64,000 nucleotides of DNA from Candidatus Humimicrobiia bacterium (GTDB taxonomy: Bacteria; Actinomycetota; Humimicrobiia; JAHJRV01). A program made the position numbers and the translations under genes. This document shows positions 27,828-38,535 of the stretch, one piece after another. The stretch covers positions 310,593-374,592 of the forward strand of contig JBARXA010000016.1 in assembly GCA_049647085.1 (NCBI GenBank). Reading direction: 5' to 3'. Numbering within the stretch: the stretch's first letter is position 1; each line of letters begins with the position of its first letter. A model generated the notes under the pieces. The model worked only from the letters and a program-made list of their open reading frames with translations, did no database searches and had not been told where the DNA came from.

Positions 27828-29582
27828 TTATTTTTCAATCCAGACTGTGTAAAAATATGGACCTGTAAAAGGATTGGATTGATAACCTTTCACCCATGGT
27901 CTAATTAAAATATTTCTTGAGCCATAATATAATGGAACTATCGGGAACTCGCCTGGATACTTATCTTCATCACTTTTGTCACCAAAAGCAATTTTTGAAG
28001 CCTTTTTATATAATTCGACCTGTTTGTCCAAATCATCAAATATCACAGCATTTGTTACTAATTCATCAAATTCATCATTTTTCCACCCAGTATAATTGTT
28101 AGGTGATCTACTATGCAATTCTATAAATAACCAATTACTTACATGAGGATAATCAGGTATCTTTTCCATTAGATACATATCAATAACTATAGTACTTCCA
28201 TATATGTCATGGATTGTATCAAAATATGTTTCAGAATCCATTTCAATTAAATCAACTTCTAAATTTAAATTTTTAGACAACATACTCTTTATAGATTTAA
28301 CTAATATCTCATTCTCCCCTGACTCCTCATAAACAAATTTTAAAGGTCTATTCCCTTTATTATTTGAGCTTTCATCAGTTGGTTGAAGAGCTTCAACAAG
28401 AATTTTTTTTGCTTTTTCAACATCAAAATCAATTCCTATTGTTTCATCATGTCCTAAAACTTGAGATGGGATAAATTGATTTGCTACTATTTGATTTTTC
28501 CAAGATATATAATTTTTTAATTCATTCTTATTTATAGCTAATGCTATTGCTTTTCTAATTAGTGGATTATTACCTGGTTCATGTCTAGTATTAAAACCTA
28601 TGTAATAAGTTGAAATTCTTGGTTCAGTTAATAACTGACTTTTAATTAAAGGGGTAGAAATAATTTCCTCCAACTTATCGGATGGAATTCCAGATTGCCA
28701 TCCCCAAGTTCCATCTATCTTCCCCTCCTCATAAACAGATAATTCTGTATATTTATCCTTGCATAAAAATATATTGATAGTGTTAAGTTTTGGTGAACCT
28801 TCAAAATAATTAGGATTTGCTTTCAAAACAATCTTTTCATCATGCTCCCAATTTTTTAAAATAAAAGGACCATTTGTTACTAAATTCTTAATATTTGTCC
28901 AATTTTCCTTATATTTTTCAACTACAGATTCAGGAACTGGCTTTGTTATCCAGGTAGAGGTTATATAAGTAAAATAATTAACAGGACCTTTTAACTTGAT
29001 TTCTAATACATTATCACTTTTAGCCTCGATGCCAAGAGCATCTGAATCTAATTCGCCTTTATTAAATTCTTTAGCACCTTCTATATCAAAAAATAGGTAA
29101 GCATGAGGAGAGTTAATTTCTGGGGAAAGTGTTCTTTTCCATGAATAAACAAAATCATGTGCTGTAATATTATCACCATTAGTCCAATAAGCATCTTCTC
29201 TTATTGTAAATGTAATAATAGTTCCATCATCTGAAATTTCCCAATTTTCAGCAATACAGGGTGAAACAGACAAATCTGGCTCAAGCTTTGTAAGACCAAC
29301 AAAAATTTGATTAATTATATTAATAGAAGCTCTGCTATTAGCTAAATTTGGATCAATCGTTAAAGGTTCTTCGTTAAAACATAAATTTAGAATTTGCTCA
29401 GACTCAAGCTTTAATTCTTCACTTATTTTTGTAGATTCTAAAGGAATTTCTTTACCAGTTTTTGCTTCTTTAAGAAAATCTTTTCTAATTTTTTCTATTT
29501 GTGCACATCCAACAAAAGATAAAAAAGAAACAATTAAACATATTAAGATTGATATTTTAAAAATTTTATTTAATTTATTCAT
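27828..29582 (-). CDS. ABC transporter substrate-binding lipoprotein, family 5 (OppA/DppA-like)
   Basis: 584 aa; signal peptide with lipobox FVGC; family-5 SBP architecture. Confidence 0.8.
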   Translation of the reverse strand: MNKLNKIFKISILICLIVSFLSFVGCAQIEKIRKDFLKEAKTGKEIPLESTKISEELKLESEQILNLCFNEEPLTIDPNLANSRASINIINQIFVGLTKLEPDLSVSPCIAENWEISDDGTIITFTIREDAYWTNGDNITAHDFVYSWKRTLSPEINSPHAYLFFDIEGAKEFNKGELDSDALGIEAKSDNVLEIKLKGPVNYFTYITSTWITKPVPESVVEKYKENWTNIKNLVTNGPFILKNWEHDEKIVLKANPNYFEGSPKLNTINIFLCKDKYTELSVYEEGKIDGTWGWQSGIPSDKLEEIISTPLIKSQLLTEPRISTYYIGFNTRHEPGNNPLIRKAIALAINKNELKNYISWKNQIVANQFIPSQVLGHDETIGIDFDVEKAKKILVEALQPTDESSNNKGNRPLKFVYEESGENEILVKSIKSMLSKNLNLEVDLIEMDSETYFDTIHDIYGSTIVIDMYLMEKIPDYPHVSNWLFIELHSRSPNNYTGWKNDEFDELVTNAVIFDDLDKQVELYKKASKIAFGDKSDEDKYPGEFPIVPLYYGSRNILIRPWVKGYQSNPFTGPYFYTVWIEK

Positions 29583-29730
29583 AACTCTTTTGAATATACT
29601 ACAGAAAAAGTTTTAAAAGTTAATAAAATAGAAATGTTTTGCTTTCAAAGAGGGAGATATGTGTTGCCCTACATATTAAAATAAATTCTTTTAAAAAGTT
29701 AGCATTAAATTATTATTGGAAATCCATTAA

Positions 29731-31560
29731 TTAAATAATTTGAGACCAATATAAAATTATAGTTAGAAATCCATCAGTAAATATAAAAATTATAAAGGCT
29801 ACTATTAGGGATTTTGCTTCAGATTTCTTTAGATATATAAATAATGTAGCTAAACTAACAAGAAAAATTATTATAGGTAATGTCCAAATCCAAATACTAA
29901 TAAATTCAGCAGGAATTAAATCTAAAAATGGTGGAAATAATAGATATGAAGGTGTAATTAGTAGTTTTGCTAAATAATATAAAATTATTGTAACAATTAA
30001 AACTATCTTTGTTTTTCCTAAATTAAGACTATCTTCCCCTCCCGTAACTATATAAAATATCCCTATCAAAATAAGTGAGACAAGTCCCCAGGGAATCACT
30101 AACAAGATGAATATAGATGCACCAAATAAATGAAATATAGTATCAGTTATCCCAATAACTATATCTATAGGAGTTAAAAAATCAAGATTTTTTCTTATAT
30201 CTGATGAAGTACCAGCAAAAAATACTTTATGTTGACCCACTTTTAATTTATCAAGCCATGTTAAATAAATGTTGTTATCCTTATCAATCAAAATTTTAGG
30301 TGAAAACGAAAAATGGTCAGTTTTATTTGTTAGTTGATAACCTAATGGTTCACCATCTCTATAAACAACTAATGCTAATTGCATTTTTCCTTTGTTTTTT
30401 TCAAAAACTTTTAAATCACAAACTAATAATAATTTTGACCTTTGTCCTACTGATACACCTGGCATACTTACATAATCTGTAGAGGGAAACCCTGTAAAAA
30501 TATCTTCTGGTATTAGAGAAATACTGTCAACTTTTCCTCTTTCTTTATCTTTTTGCTCTTGAGTAAAATCAATTTTCCTTTCTCCTATCTGAAGAGAATC
30601 TGTTTTTGATAAATATGGTAAGCTTATTCTTTTTGATGATTGAAATGATGGTTTATTTATAGGAAATGTTAAATAACTTATGTGTGCACTTCCAGCAGAT
30701 AAACCAGACCTGAATTCAGTTGACCAAAAAACATAGACATAATTATTATCTAATCCAATTATAGGTTCAGAGAGAACTTTTCCAGTACTAATAACAAAAT
30801 CTCCAACTTTTACTTTTTCTTCTAATTTGCTTTTTTTAACATCAAAAGTTGAATAATATATATCATTTCTATCGCCAAGTATAGATTGAAGCCAAATCAA
30901 ATGGATATTTCCCAACTTATCTATTTGAAAACTTGGTGATTTTCCTTCAGATATTATTAGACTATTTTCTGATGTAATATCACCTTTGCTATTTAGTTGG
31001 GTATAATAAATTCCTTTCTGGTCTTTCTCTTCACCTTCCCAAAAAATTTCAACATTTCCGCCCTTGTTTAACCCAATTTTATAATTTTTAACTTCTGATT
31101 CAGCAATTGAAATTAATTTAGGTTCAGTTAATTTATCACCATTAGAATCCAGTAGAATGTGAAATAAACATGTATTATCTTGATACTTATCTAACCATGT
31201 AAGATATAGATTTTTATGACTATCTAATAAAATCTGTGAATTTTTGGGGTTAACAAAATTAAAATCAAGAAATTTTTGTAATAATATATCTGCTTTACTG
31301 TTTAATTTAGTAAAATTTAAAAGTCTTTTATCAGCTTTTTTAGCGCTCCAAATCAGATATAAATTTTTATCTTCATTATCAATCTGAATTGAGACTGGAA
31401 TACCTGAAATTGTTTTACCTAAGTTCTTCCCACGACTCCAATCCAATGAAATTTTTTTACTTAGTGGTGAAGTGATGTTTAATCTTGCAAAAATAACAAT
31501 TATGATAACAATTGCTAAGATGATTATGTAAGGTAAGTATTTTTTTAACCTTTTATTCAT
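29731..31560 (-). CDS. hypothetical membrane protein: N-terminal anchor, repeat-containing extracytoplasmic domain, C-terminal polytopic domain
   Basis: 609 aa; recurring NLYLIW / NLYLTWLD / NIHLIWLQ / YVYVFWST / NIYLTWLD motifs suggest a beta-propeller-like repeat domain; 4-5 TM helices at the C-terminus. Confidence 0.45.
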   Translation of the reverse strand: MNKRLKKYLPYIIILAIVIIIVIFARLNITSPLSKKISLDWSRGKNLGKTISGIPVSIQIDNEDKNLYLIWSAKKADKRLLNFTKLNSKADILLQKFLDFNFVNPKNSQILLDSHKNLYLTWLDKYQDNTCLFHILLDSNGDKLTEPKLISIAESEVKNYKIGLNKGGNVEIFWEGEEKDQKGIYYTQLNSKGDITSENSLIISEGKSPSFQIDKLGNIHLIWLQSILGDRNDIYYSTFDVKKSKLEEKVKVGDFVISTGKVLSEPIIGLDNNYVYVFWSTEFRSGLSAGSAHISYLTFPINKPSFQSSKRISLPYLSKTDSLQIGERKIDFTQEQKDKERGKVDSISLIPEDIFTGFPSTDYVSMPGVSVGQRSKLLLVCDLKVFEKNKGKMQLALVVYRDGEPLGYQLTNKTDHFSFSPKILIDKDNNIYLTWLDKLKVGQHKVFFAGTSSDIRKNLDFLTPIDIVIGITDTIFHLFGASIFILLVIPWGLVSLILIGIFYIVTGGEDSLNLGKTKIVLIVTIILYYLAKLLITPSYLLFPPFLDLIPAEFISIWIWTLPIIIFLVSLATLFIYLKKSEAKSLIVAFIIFIFTDGFLTIILYWSQII

Positions 31561-31645
31561 TTTTCAATCTTTAAATAAAAAAAACTCCAAGTTACCATTA
31601 TGACCAGGACATTTTTATAATTATCTTCTAATTTTATAGATAATT

Positions 31646-32644
31646 TTATTCACCTCTTAAGCGAGGGTCAAAAGCATCCCTTAAACCATCACCTAAGAAG
31701 TTAAATGCTAAAGTAGTAAGTACCAGCGCTATAGCAGGAACAAAAGTTTGAAATGGATAAGATCTAAGTCCTTGAACACCCTCTGATATCATAATTCCCC
31801 AACTTGCTGTAGGAGGTTCAACACCTAAACCAATGAAGCTTAGAAATGCTTCCAGAAATATATAACCTGGGATTGCTAAGGTTTCATTTACTATACACGG
31901 ACCAAGTATGTTTGGTAACAGGTGACGAAAAATGATTCTTGTATTACTTGCCCCCACTGCTCTTGCTGCTTCAACAAACTCTTTTTCTTTATATGATAGA
32001 ACCTGACCACGAGCTAATCTTGCCATATCTATCCAGTTGAGAAGTCCGATTGCAATAAATAAAAATAGCATTCCACCCATTTGAGAGTTAGCTTTAATTA
32101 AGATTCCCATTAAACCAGTAGCTTCTTCTCTTCTTGCAAATGCTTTAAAAACTACCTGCATCAATATTATAAATACAGTAAATGGGAAGGCATAAAGATA
32201 ATCTACAACTCTCATCATTATATTATCAACTATTCCACCAAAATATCCTGATATAAGTCCATAAGCAGTCCCAATTACAAGACTAACAATTGAAGCTACA
32301 AAAGCAATTGAAAGTGAAATTCTGGCACCATATAGTGTACGACTTAATAAATCCCTTCCTAAATAATCTGCTCCTAACAAAAACTTACCACCAGGTGGGG
32401 CATTATTTTCAATTAAACTTGTTTTTGCGAAATGATACGGTGCAATTAATGGTTTTATTTCCTGTTTTGTTATCAGAGCTATTAAACTGTTGTCTGTAAA
32501 TAAAGCAACTAAGATAATTAAAATTATAAAAATTCCACCACCAACTGCAAACTTATTTTTCAATAATTGCCTGAAAGCAGCTTGTGTTGGGCTTCTTTCT
32601 TTACTTCTTCTTAATACTAATTCCTGAGTAGCTTCTGTTGTCAT
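31646..32644 (-). CDS. peptide ABC transporter permease (OppC/DppC family)
   Basis: 332 aa, 6 TM, binding-protein-dependent transport permease motif region. Confidence 0.85.
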   Translation of the reverse strand: MTTEATQELVLRRSKERSPTQAAFRQLLKNKFAVGGGIFIILIILVALFTDNSLIALITKQEIKPLIAPYHFAKTSLIENNAPPGGKFLLGADYLGRDLLSRTLYGARISLSIAFVASIVSLVIGTAYGLISGYFGGIVDNIMMRVVDYLYAFPFTVFIILMQVVFKAFARREEATGLMGILIKANSQMGGMLFLFIAIGLLNWIDMARLARGQVLSYKEKEFVEAARAVGASNTRIIFRHLLPNILGPCIVNETLAIPGYIFLEAFLSFIGLGVEPPTASWGIMISEGVQGLRSYPFQTFVPAIALVLTTLAFNFLGDGLRDAFDPRLRGE

Positions 32645-32654
32645 TTTTCACCTC

Positions 32655-33629
32655 TTATCTATACCTAATTCTTGGATCTAACCATGCATATGTTATATCA
32701 ACTAATAGATTAGCTATTACTAAAACTATAGCAAGAATTAGTAGTACCCCTTGAGTTATTGCATAGTCTCTATTTCCAATACTTTGTATAAAAATTTTTC
32801 CCATTCCTGGAATACCAAATATATGTTCAACTATGAAAGTTCCTGTTAAAAGAGCTGCAAATAATGGACCAAGTATTGTCACAACTGGAATAAGACTATT
32901 TTTTAACGCATGCCCTATTATTACCATTCTTTCAGAAAGTCCTTTTGCTCTTGCTGTTCTTATGTAATCCTCTCTTATAACTTGAAGTAGACTAGCTCTT
33001 GTTAATCTTGCAATTCCAGCTGAAAATGCAGTACCTAAAGCAAATACTGGTAAAATTGCATGTTTTATGAAGTTTGCATCAAGTTTTGGTATAAATCCTA
33101 AAAAAAATGGGGGTAATGCTCCCCACCTTGCTACTGGTAACCATCCAAGTTTTAAAGCAATCAACCATATCAATAATGGACCAAGTACCATATTAGGAAC
33201 TGATCTAAAAACAACTGCAAAAAATGTAGCAGTATAATCAATAAAAGAGTTTTGTTTTAGTGCTGCAATAGTTCCTGTTGGAATACCAATAATTATTGCT
33301 AAAGCCAGGGAAAGCATTCCAAGTTGAGCAGAAATAGGAAATGTTTCTTTCAAGATTTCATTTACTGTTCTACCTCTATATCTAAATGATGGTCCAAAAT
33401 CACCTTTACTAATCAGGTCCCATATATAATCTATAAATTGTTTCCATATAGGGTCATTAAGATGATATTTCTCTTCTAAATTTGCAACTACTTGTGGTGG
33501 TAAACTTCTATCTCCAGCAAAATCAAAGGGGCCTCCAGGCATTATTCTTACCAAAAGAAAAGTTGTAAGAATTACCCCTAAAACTACAGGAATAAATAAT
33601 AATATTCTCCTGATTATATATTTTGTCAT
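32655..33629 (-). CDS. peptide ABC transporter permease (OppB/DppB family)
   Basis: 324 aa, 6 TM, EAA-loop region typical of OppB/DppB. Confidence 0.85.
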   Translation of the reverse strand: MTKYIIRRILLFIPVVLGVILTTFLLVRIMPGGPFDFAGDRSLPPQVVANLEEKYHLNDPIWKQFIDYIWDLISKGDFGPSFRYRGRTVNEILKETFPISAQLGMLSLALAIIIGIPTGTIAALKQNSFIDYTATFFAVVFRSVPNMVLGPLLIWLIALKLGWLPVARWGALPPFFLGFIPKLDANFIKHAILPVFALGTAFSAGIARLTRASLLQVIREDYIRTARAKGLSERMVIIGHALKNSLIPVVTILGPLFAALLTGTFIVEHIFGIPGMGKIFIQSIGNRDYAITQGVLLILAIVLVIANLLVDITYAWLDPRIRYR

Positions 33630-33771
33630 TTTCTATCACCAGATAAGTTTAACAGAAAAAAAATTTTGAATATAAAATTCTAATTCTAATATAAAAATTA
33701 ATTTTTATATTAAATATTATAAAATATAAAAACTATAAAAAATATATTATTAATTAGTAACTTAATATTGT

Positions 33772-33804
33772 AATATTGGCGGGTAATAATTACCCGCCAA
33801 TATT
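33772..33804. other. near-perfect 33-nt palindrome (AATATTGGCGGGTAAT-A-ATTACCCGCCAATATT) between the binding-protein and permease genes
   Basis: Seen directly; candidate intra-operon stem-loop, processing or stability element. Confidence 0.5.
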
Positions 33805-33855
33805 TTTGCATACTTTAACCATGCAATTTATCTGAAGTAAGACTTATTATCTATC

Positions 33856-35682
33856 TTACCCCCCTATAGCTGCCTTTTTGGCTTCCATGTCAATATTCCA
33901 TAGATGATGATCCTCTTCTCCAGATTTTTTAAATGTACGAGTTACCCATGGTTTAGTTGTTGAAATACTAGTATAGAAGTAGATTGGCGCAAAAGCAGTT
34001 TCAACATTATTTAGCTCTATTTCTGCTTGTTTATAAAGTTCTTTTCTCTTCTCAGGATCAGGTTCCAATTGAGCTTGCTTGGTTAATTTATCAAATTCTA
34101 ACTCCTCAACCTCAGTACAGGTTGGATCCAAACATCCTCTTCTTAACCTGTTGGCACCAGCTGAACTGTTGAATACCTCATGCACCCAGTTATTCTGATC
34201 ATAGTAGTCAGCACACCATCCCATTCTAAAAATATGTGGTGCATCTTCTAATGGAGTAGTTTTACCTACAGTTGTAAGATATACTGCCCATTCCTGAGTC
34301 TCTATTTTAACTTCAACACCCAATACATCCTTCCACATAGATTGTATTGCTGCAGCTATTCTTGCATGACCTTCACTTACATTATGCATCAAGATTATAT
34401 CTCCTAATCCCTCACCATTAGGATATCCCGCTTCTGCTAAGTATTCCCTTGCTTTTTCTGGATCATACATAATTCCCACATCTGGGTCACCTGCAGTATT
34501 ACCAAAAATTTCAACAGTTGCAAAAGAGTTTGCTGGTATCTGCTCACCTTTTGTTACAGTGTCAATTAATGTTTGTCTATCAATTGCTGCTGAGAATGCT
34601 TTTCTAACTAAATCATTATCAAATGGTGGTTTATTATTTACAAATCCATAGTAATAGGTACAAGCTACTGGAGCAATTCTTAACTCTTTACTTAGCACTG
34701 GGTCCGCCTTTACTCTGTCCATCTCTGGAAGAGGAGGAGAAGCTACATCTAATTCATTGTTTTCATACATAGCAAAGGAAGTAGATGCTTCCTCAATGCA
34801 ATATGCAATTATTTTTTCAATTTGTACATCTGCTGCTTCAGGATGGAATGGATTTTTTAACAAAGTGTAGTGATCACCATGATACCATTCAGTTTGGACA
34901 AAAGGACCACATTGCCATTTAAAGCATGGCTCTGTCCATTTAGCTCCATTTGGTCCTTCAATACAAGCTTGTGGCATTGGATTAGCCTGTGGCATTGTTA
35001 CAATTCCTGGAAACCAAGGAGCAGGATTCTCAAGAGTAAATTCTACAGTATAATCATCAATAGCCTTAACTCCAATAGTGTCTAAAAGCTCTGGTGTTAT
35101 TTCCTCTTCAGTAGTATTAATTGCTTCTGCATTTTTAATTCCATAGACAAGATATGCATAGGTTGAAGCTGTTACTGGATTAATTGTTCTTTTTACTCCG
35201 TATACAACATCATTAGCTGTAACTGGAATAGGATTTCCATCCTCATCTAAAACTTGCTCTATTTCATCAGTCTGGCAATTATATTGAACCCAATATATAT
35301 CATCTCTCAGTTTAAATGTCCAGGTTAAGCCATCTTCGGATGCTTCCCATTCTGTAGCGAATTCAGGAATTATATTCCAATCTTCATCATAACCAGTAAG
35401 AGCTGTGTTGGTGTCTTTAATCATTTGGTGTGAAGTTGTATCTGTACATAACGCAGGATCTCCAGTTGGGGGCTCTGTATCTGCATTATATACATAAGTT
35501 ACTATTTCTTCCTCTTCTGGGGGTGGTGCTTCTGTAGTTTCCTCAGGAGTAGTTTCTTCTTCTGCTACAGGTGCTGCTGGAGGGCAACCAATAAATGTGA
35601 GTGACAGTGATGCAACAGTTGTAAGAGCTACAACCGTCAAAATTATTTTTTTAAGAAAATTCATTAAAAACCTCCTTATCAA
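33856..35682 (-). CDS. ABC transporter substrate-binding lipoprotein, family 5 (OppA-like), with acidic Pro/Glu/Thr-rich linker
   Basis: 608 aa; lipobox FIGC followed by PPAAPVAEEETTPEETTEAPPPEEEEI; noticeably higher GC than neighbouring genes. Confidence 0.8.
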   Translation of the reverse strand: MIRRFLMNFLKKIILTVVALTTVASLSLTFIGCPPAAPVAEEETTPEETTEAPPPEEEEIVTYVYNADTEPPTGDPALCTDTTSHQMIKDTNTALTGYDEDWNIIPEFATEWEASEDGLTWTFKLRDDIYWVQYNCQTDEIEQVLDEDGNPIPVTANDVVYGVKRTINPVTASTYAYLVYGIKNAEAINTTEEEITPELLDTIGVKAIDDYTVEFTLENPAPWFPGIVTMPQANPMPQACIEGPNGAKWTEPCFKWQCGPFVQTEWYHGDHYTLLKNPFHPEAADVQIEKIIAYCIEEASTSFAMYENNELDVASPPLPEMDRVKADPVLSKELRIAPVACTYYYGFVNNKPPFDNDLVRKAFSAAIDRQTLIDTVTKGEQIPANSFATVEIFGNTAGDPDVGIMYDPEKAREYLAEAGYPNGEGLGDIILMHNVSEGHARIAAAIQSMWKDVLGVEVKIETQEWAVYLTTVGKTTPLEDAPHIFRMGWCADYYDQNNWVHEVFNSSAGANRLRRGCLDPTCTEVEELEFDKLTKQAQLEPDPEKRKELYKQAEIELNNVETAFAPIYFYTSISTTKPWVTRTFKKSGEEDHHLWNIDMEAKKAAIGG

Positions 35683-35991
35683 TTTTATACATGAAAAACA
35701 TTAATTTTCTATAAAATCACCTCCCATTCATTTTTTAATTGCTACTTCTAATTTAAGATATGCAACTTCTGTTATTTATTATAAATTACTATATTTCTAT
35801 GTAACCTAAATTTTTATTTAGTTAAATATTAAATAATAATAAAATAATTGTCAACTAAAAATTATAGCATTCAAATTATACTTTATTTTATTTTTGATTA
35901 TTACTCACTTTAAAAATTATATATATATATTTTTATTTCTTCAACTAATATTATAAATTAATTATTATAAATTATACTAAAAAATATTTAA

Positions 35992-36972
35992 TCAAACTCG
36001 ATGACAGGCCACCCAATGTTCAGTGCTTATTTCCTTATATTCGGGTTCTTCCTCCTTGCAAATATCCATCACTACCGGACAGCGTGTATTGAAATTGCAT
36101 CCTTTTGGTGGATTAACAGGGCTTGGTACATCGCCCTTTAAGATTATTCTTTTTCTCTTTTCCTCAACAATAGGATCTGGTATCGGAACTGCTGAAAGTA
36201 ATGCTTCTGTATATGGGTGTTTTGGATTTTTATAGAGTTCAATACTTTCTGTTGATTCTACTAATTTTCCTAAATACATAACAGCAACTCTATCACTTAT
36301 ATGTCTAACAACTGATAAGTCATGAGCTATAACGAGATATGTTAAGTTAAATTCATTTTGAAGATCTTCTAACAAATTCATTATCTGAGCTTGAATTGAT
36401 ACATCTAATGCTGAAATTGGTTCATCACAAACAATAAAGGATGGATTTAATGCTAATGCTCTTGCAACCCCAATTCTTTGCCTTTGACCTCCAGAAAATT
36501 CGTGTGGATAACGGGTTATAAAATAAGGATTTAAACCTACAATTTTTAACAACTCTCTTACTCTTTTTTTAAGTTTTTTACCCTTTGCAACATTATGAAC
36601 AAATAATGGTTCTCCTATAATGTCACCAACCATAAGTCTGGGATTTAGTGATGCATATGGATCCTGGAAAATTATTTGCATTTTTCTTCGCATTTTTCTC
36701 AGTTTCTCTCCACTTATTTTACAGAGATTCTCACCTTCAAAAAGGACATCACCTGCAGTGGGTTTCTCAAGCTGTAAAATAACTCTTCCAGTTGTGGTTT
36801 TCCCACAACCACTCTCACCTACTAAACCAAGAGTTTCACCTCTTTTAACATAAAAACTAATTCCATCTACTGCTTTAACATCTCCAACGTGGCGTTGAAT
36901 AACTATTCCTGTAGTTACTGGAAAATATTTCTTTAAATTTTTAACCTCAAGTAAGACATTATCCTTTTTCAA
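35992..36972 (-). CDS. oppF: peptide ABC transporter ATP-binding protein (OppF-like)
   Basis: Walker [10 protein letters not shown], signature FSGGQRQR, Walker B IVCDEPIS; C-terminal oligopeptide-transporter extension. Confidence 0.85.
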   Translation of the reverse strand: MKKDNVLLEVKNLKKYFPVTTGIVIQRHVGDVKAVDGISFYVKRGETLGLVGESGCGKTTTGRVILQLEKPTAGDVLFEGENLCKISGEKLRKMRRKMQIIFQDPYASLNPRLMVGDIIGEPLFVHNVAKGKKLKKRVRELLKIVGLNPYFITRYPHEFSGGQRQRIGVARALALNPSFIVCDEPISALDVSIQAQIMNLLEDLQNEFNLTYLVIAHDLSVVRHISDRVAVMYLGKLVESTESIELYKNPKHPYTEALLSAVPIPDPIVEEKRKRIILKGDVPSPVNPPKGCNFNTRCPVVMDICKEEEPEYKEISTEHWVACHRV

Positions 36973-36973
36973 T

Positions 36974-37969
36974 CTAAGCCACCTCCTTTTGAGTAGCAGT
37001 TTCTATATCTATCCAACATGCTATTCTATGATCGGGTGCAACTGTCCTTAGTTCGGGATTCTCTTTAAAACATTTATCAATCCTATAAGTACATCTTGGA
37101 ACAAAAGGACAGCATTCTGGCATATCTATCAAATCAGGTGGTGATCCTTCAATAGATGTTAATCTTTTTCTATGAATTTCATCAAGTCTTGGAATTGAAC
37201 CCAATAAACCTAATGTATAAGGATGCTTTGGATCACCATAAACATCTTTGCATGATGCAGTTTCAACAAAATATCCTGCATACATGACATTTACCCTATC
37301 AGCCAATCCTGCAATTATTCCTAAATCATGAGTTATCCAGATAACTGCTGTTCCTAATTCATCACTCAATCTCTTAACAATATCTATTACCTGTGCTTGT
37401 ATTGTAACATCAAGTGCAGTTGTCGGCTCATCAGCAATAATTAATTGAGGATTACAAGCAAGTGCCATAGCAATCATTGCCCTCTGTCTCATTCCACCAG
37501 AAAATTGATGCGGATAATCGTTAATTCTATCTACAGCTTCTGAAATTCCAACCATATCTAATAGTTCAATTACTTTATTTCTCGCTTTTTTCATAGTCAT
37601 TTTCATATGCAATTGTAAGACTTCACTTATCTGCTTATTTATTGTTAATACAGGATTAAGCGATGTCATAGGATCCTGAAAAATCATTGCAATCTTTTTT
37701 CCCCTAATCTTTCTTATCTTATCCATATTCATTTTCATAAGTTCTTTGCCTTCAAATAAAACTTCTCCAGAAATTATCTTTCCAGGTGGTGTGCGAATCA
37801 AACGCATAGTAGAAAGAACAGAGACAGTTTTTCCACAACCACTCTCACCTACTATCCCAAGAGTCTCTCCCTTGTTTACATGGAAATCAACACCATTTAC
37901 AGCAAATACTGCTCCATCTGGAGTATAGAATCTTGTAGTTAAGTTTTTTACATCTAATAATGGTTCCAT
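36974..37969 (-). CDS. oppD: peptide ABC transporter ATP-binding protein (OppD-like)
   Basis: Walker A GESGCGKT, signature FSGGMRQR, Walker B IIADEPTT; C-terminal Cys-containing extension. Confidence 0.85.
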   Translation of the reverse strand: MEPLLDVKNLTTRFYTPDGAVFAVNGVDFHVNKGETLGIVGESGCGKTVSVLSTMRLIRTPPGKIISGEVLFEGKELMKMNMDKIRKIRGKKIAMIFQDPMTSLNPVLTINKQISEVLQLHMKMTMKKARNKVIELLDMVGISEAVDRINDYPHQFSGGMRQRAMIAMALACNPQLIIADEPTTALDVTIQAQVIDIVKRLSDELGTAVIWITHDLGIIAGLADRVNVMYAGYFVETASCKDVYGDPKHPYTLGLLGSIPRLDEIHRKRLTSIEGSPPDLIDMPECCPFVPRCTYRIDKCFKENPELRTVAPDHRIACWIDIETATQKEVA

Positions 37970-38023
37970 AAATTTCCTTTATCCTTATAAAACTAATAAA
38001 TATTTTTATTTAATTTAATATTA

Positions 38024-38254
38024 TTACAGTATTATATTTAATAAAATTGTGGTAATAGCGAATATTATTGATGCAGCAACTGTTATCCTATTTAAATTCT
38101 TTTCGACAATACTTGAGCTAGTAGCTGGGCCTAAAATCTCACCAAATGTAGCTGACATTCCTCCACCCTTTCCAGCATGAAGAAGAATCAGAAGAATTAA
38201 AGCTAAACAAATTACAGAATGAATTATGATTATTACAGTTGACAAAGTAGTCAT
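38024..38254 (-). CDS. secG: preprotein translocase subunit SecG
   Basis: 76 aa, two TM helices flanking a Gly-rich loop (LLHAGKGGGMSATFG). Confidence 0.75.
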   Translation of the reverse strand: MTTLSTVIIIIHSVICLALILLILLHAGKGGGMSATFGEILGPATSSSIVEKNLNRITVAASIIFAITTILLNIIL

Positions 38255-38535
38255 TTTTTAGTAACTCCTTATTGATTATAAATTATTATTTTGACTTTAA
38301 AATAATCTAATTAAGTATTATAATTTTGATTTTAAAAACCTTCTCAACAAAAACATTTTACAATTGTAAACTATTTTTAAAAATTTTAAAATATAAAACA
38401 TTAAAAAAATTATTCAATAAAATATTCTCTGTATTAGATTTTTCAATCTTTTTATGTCATTCAGACACTGTCCTGGGTAAAATTAGTTTGATTTATTAAT
38501 TTTATAATAATACTCATTCTAAACAGAAATATTTT

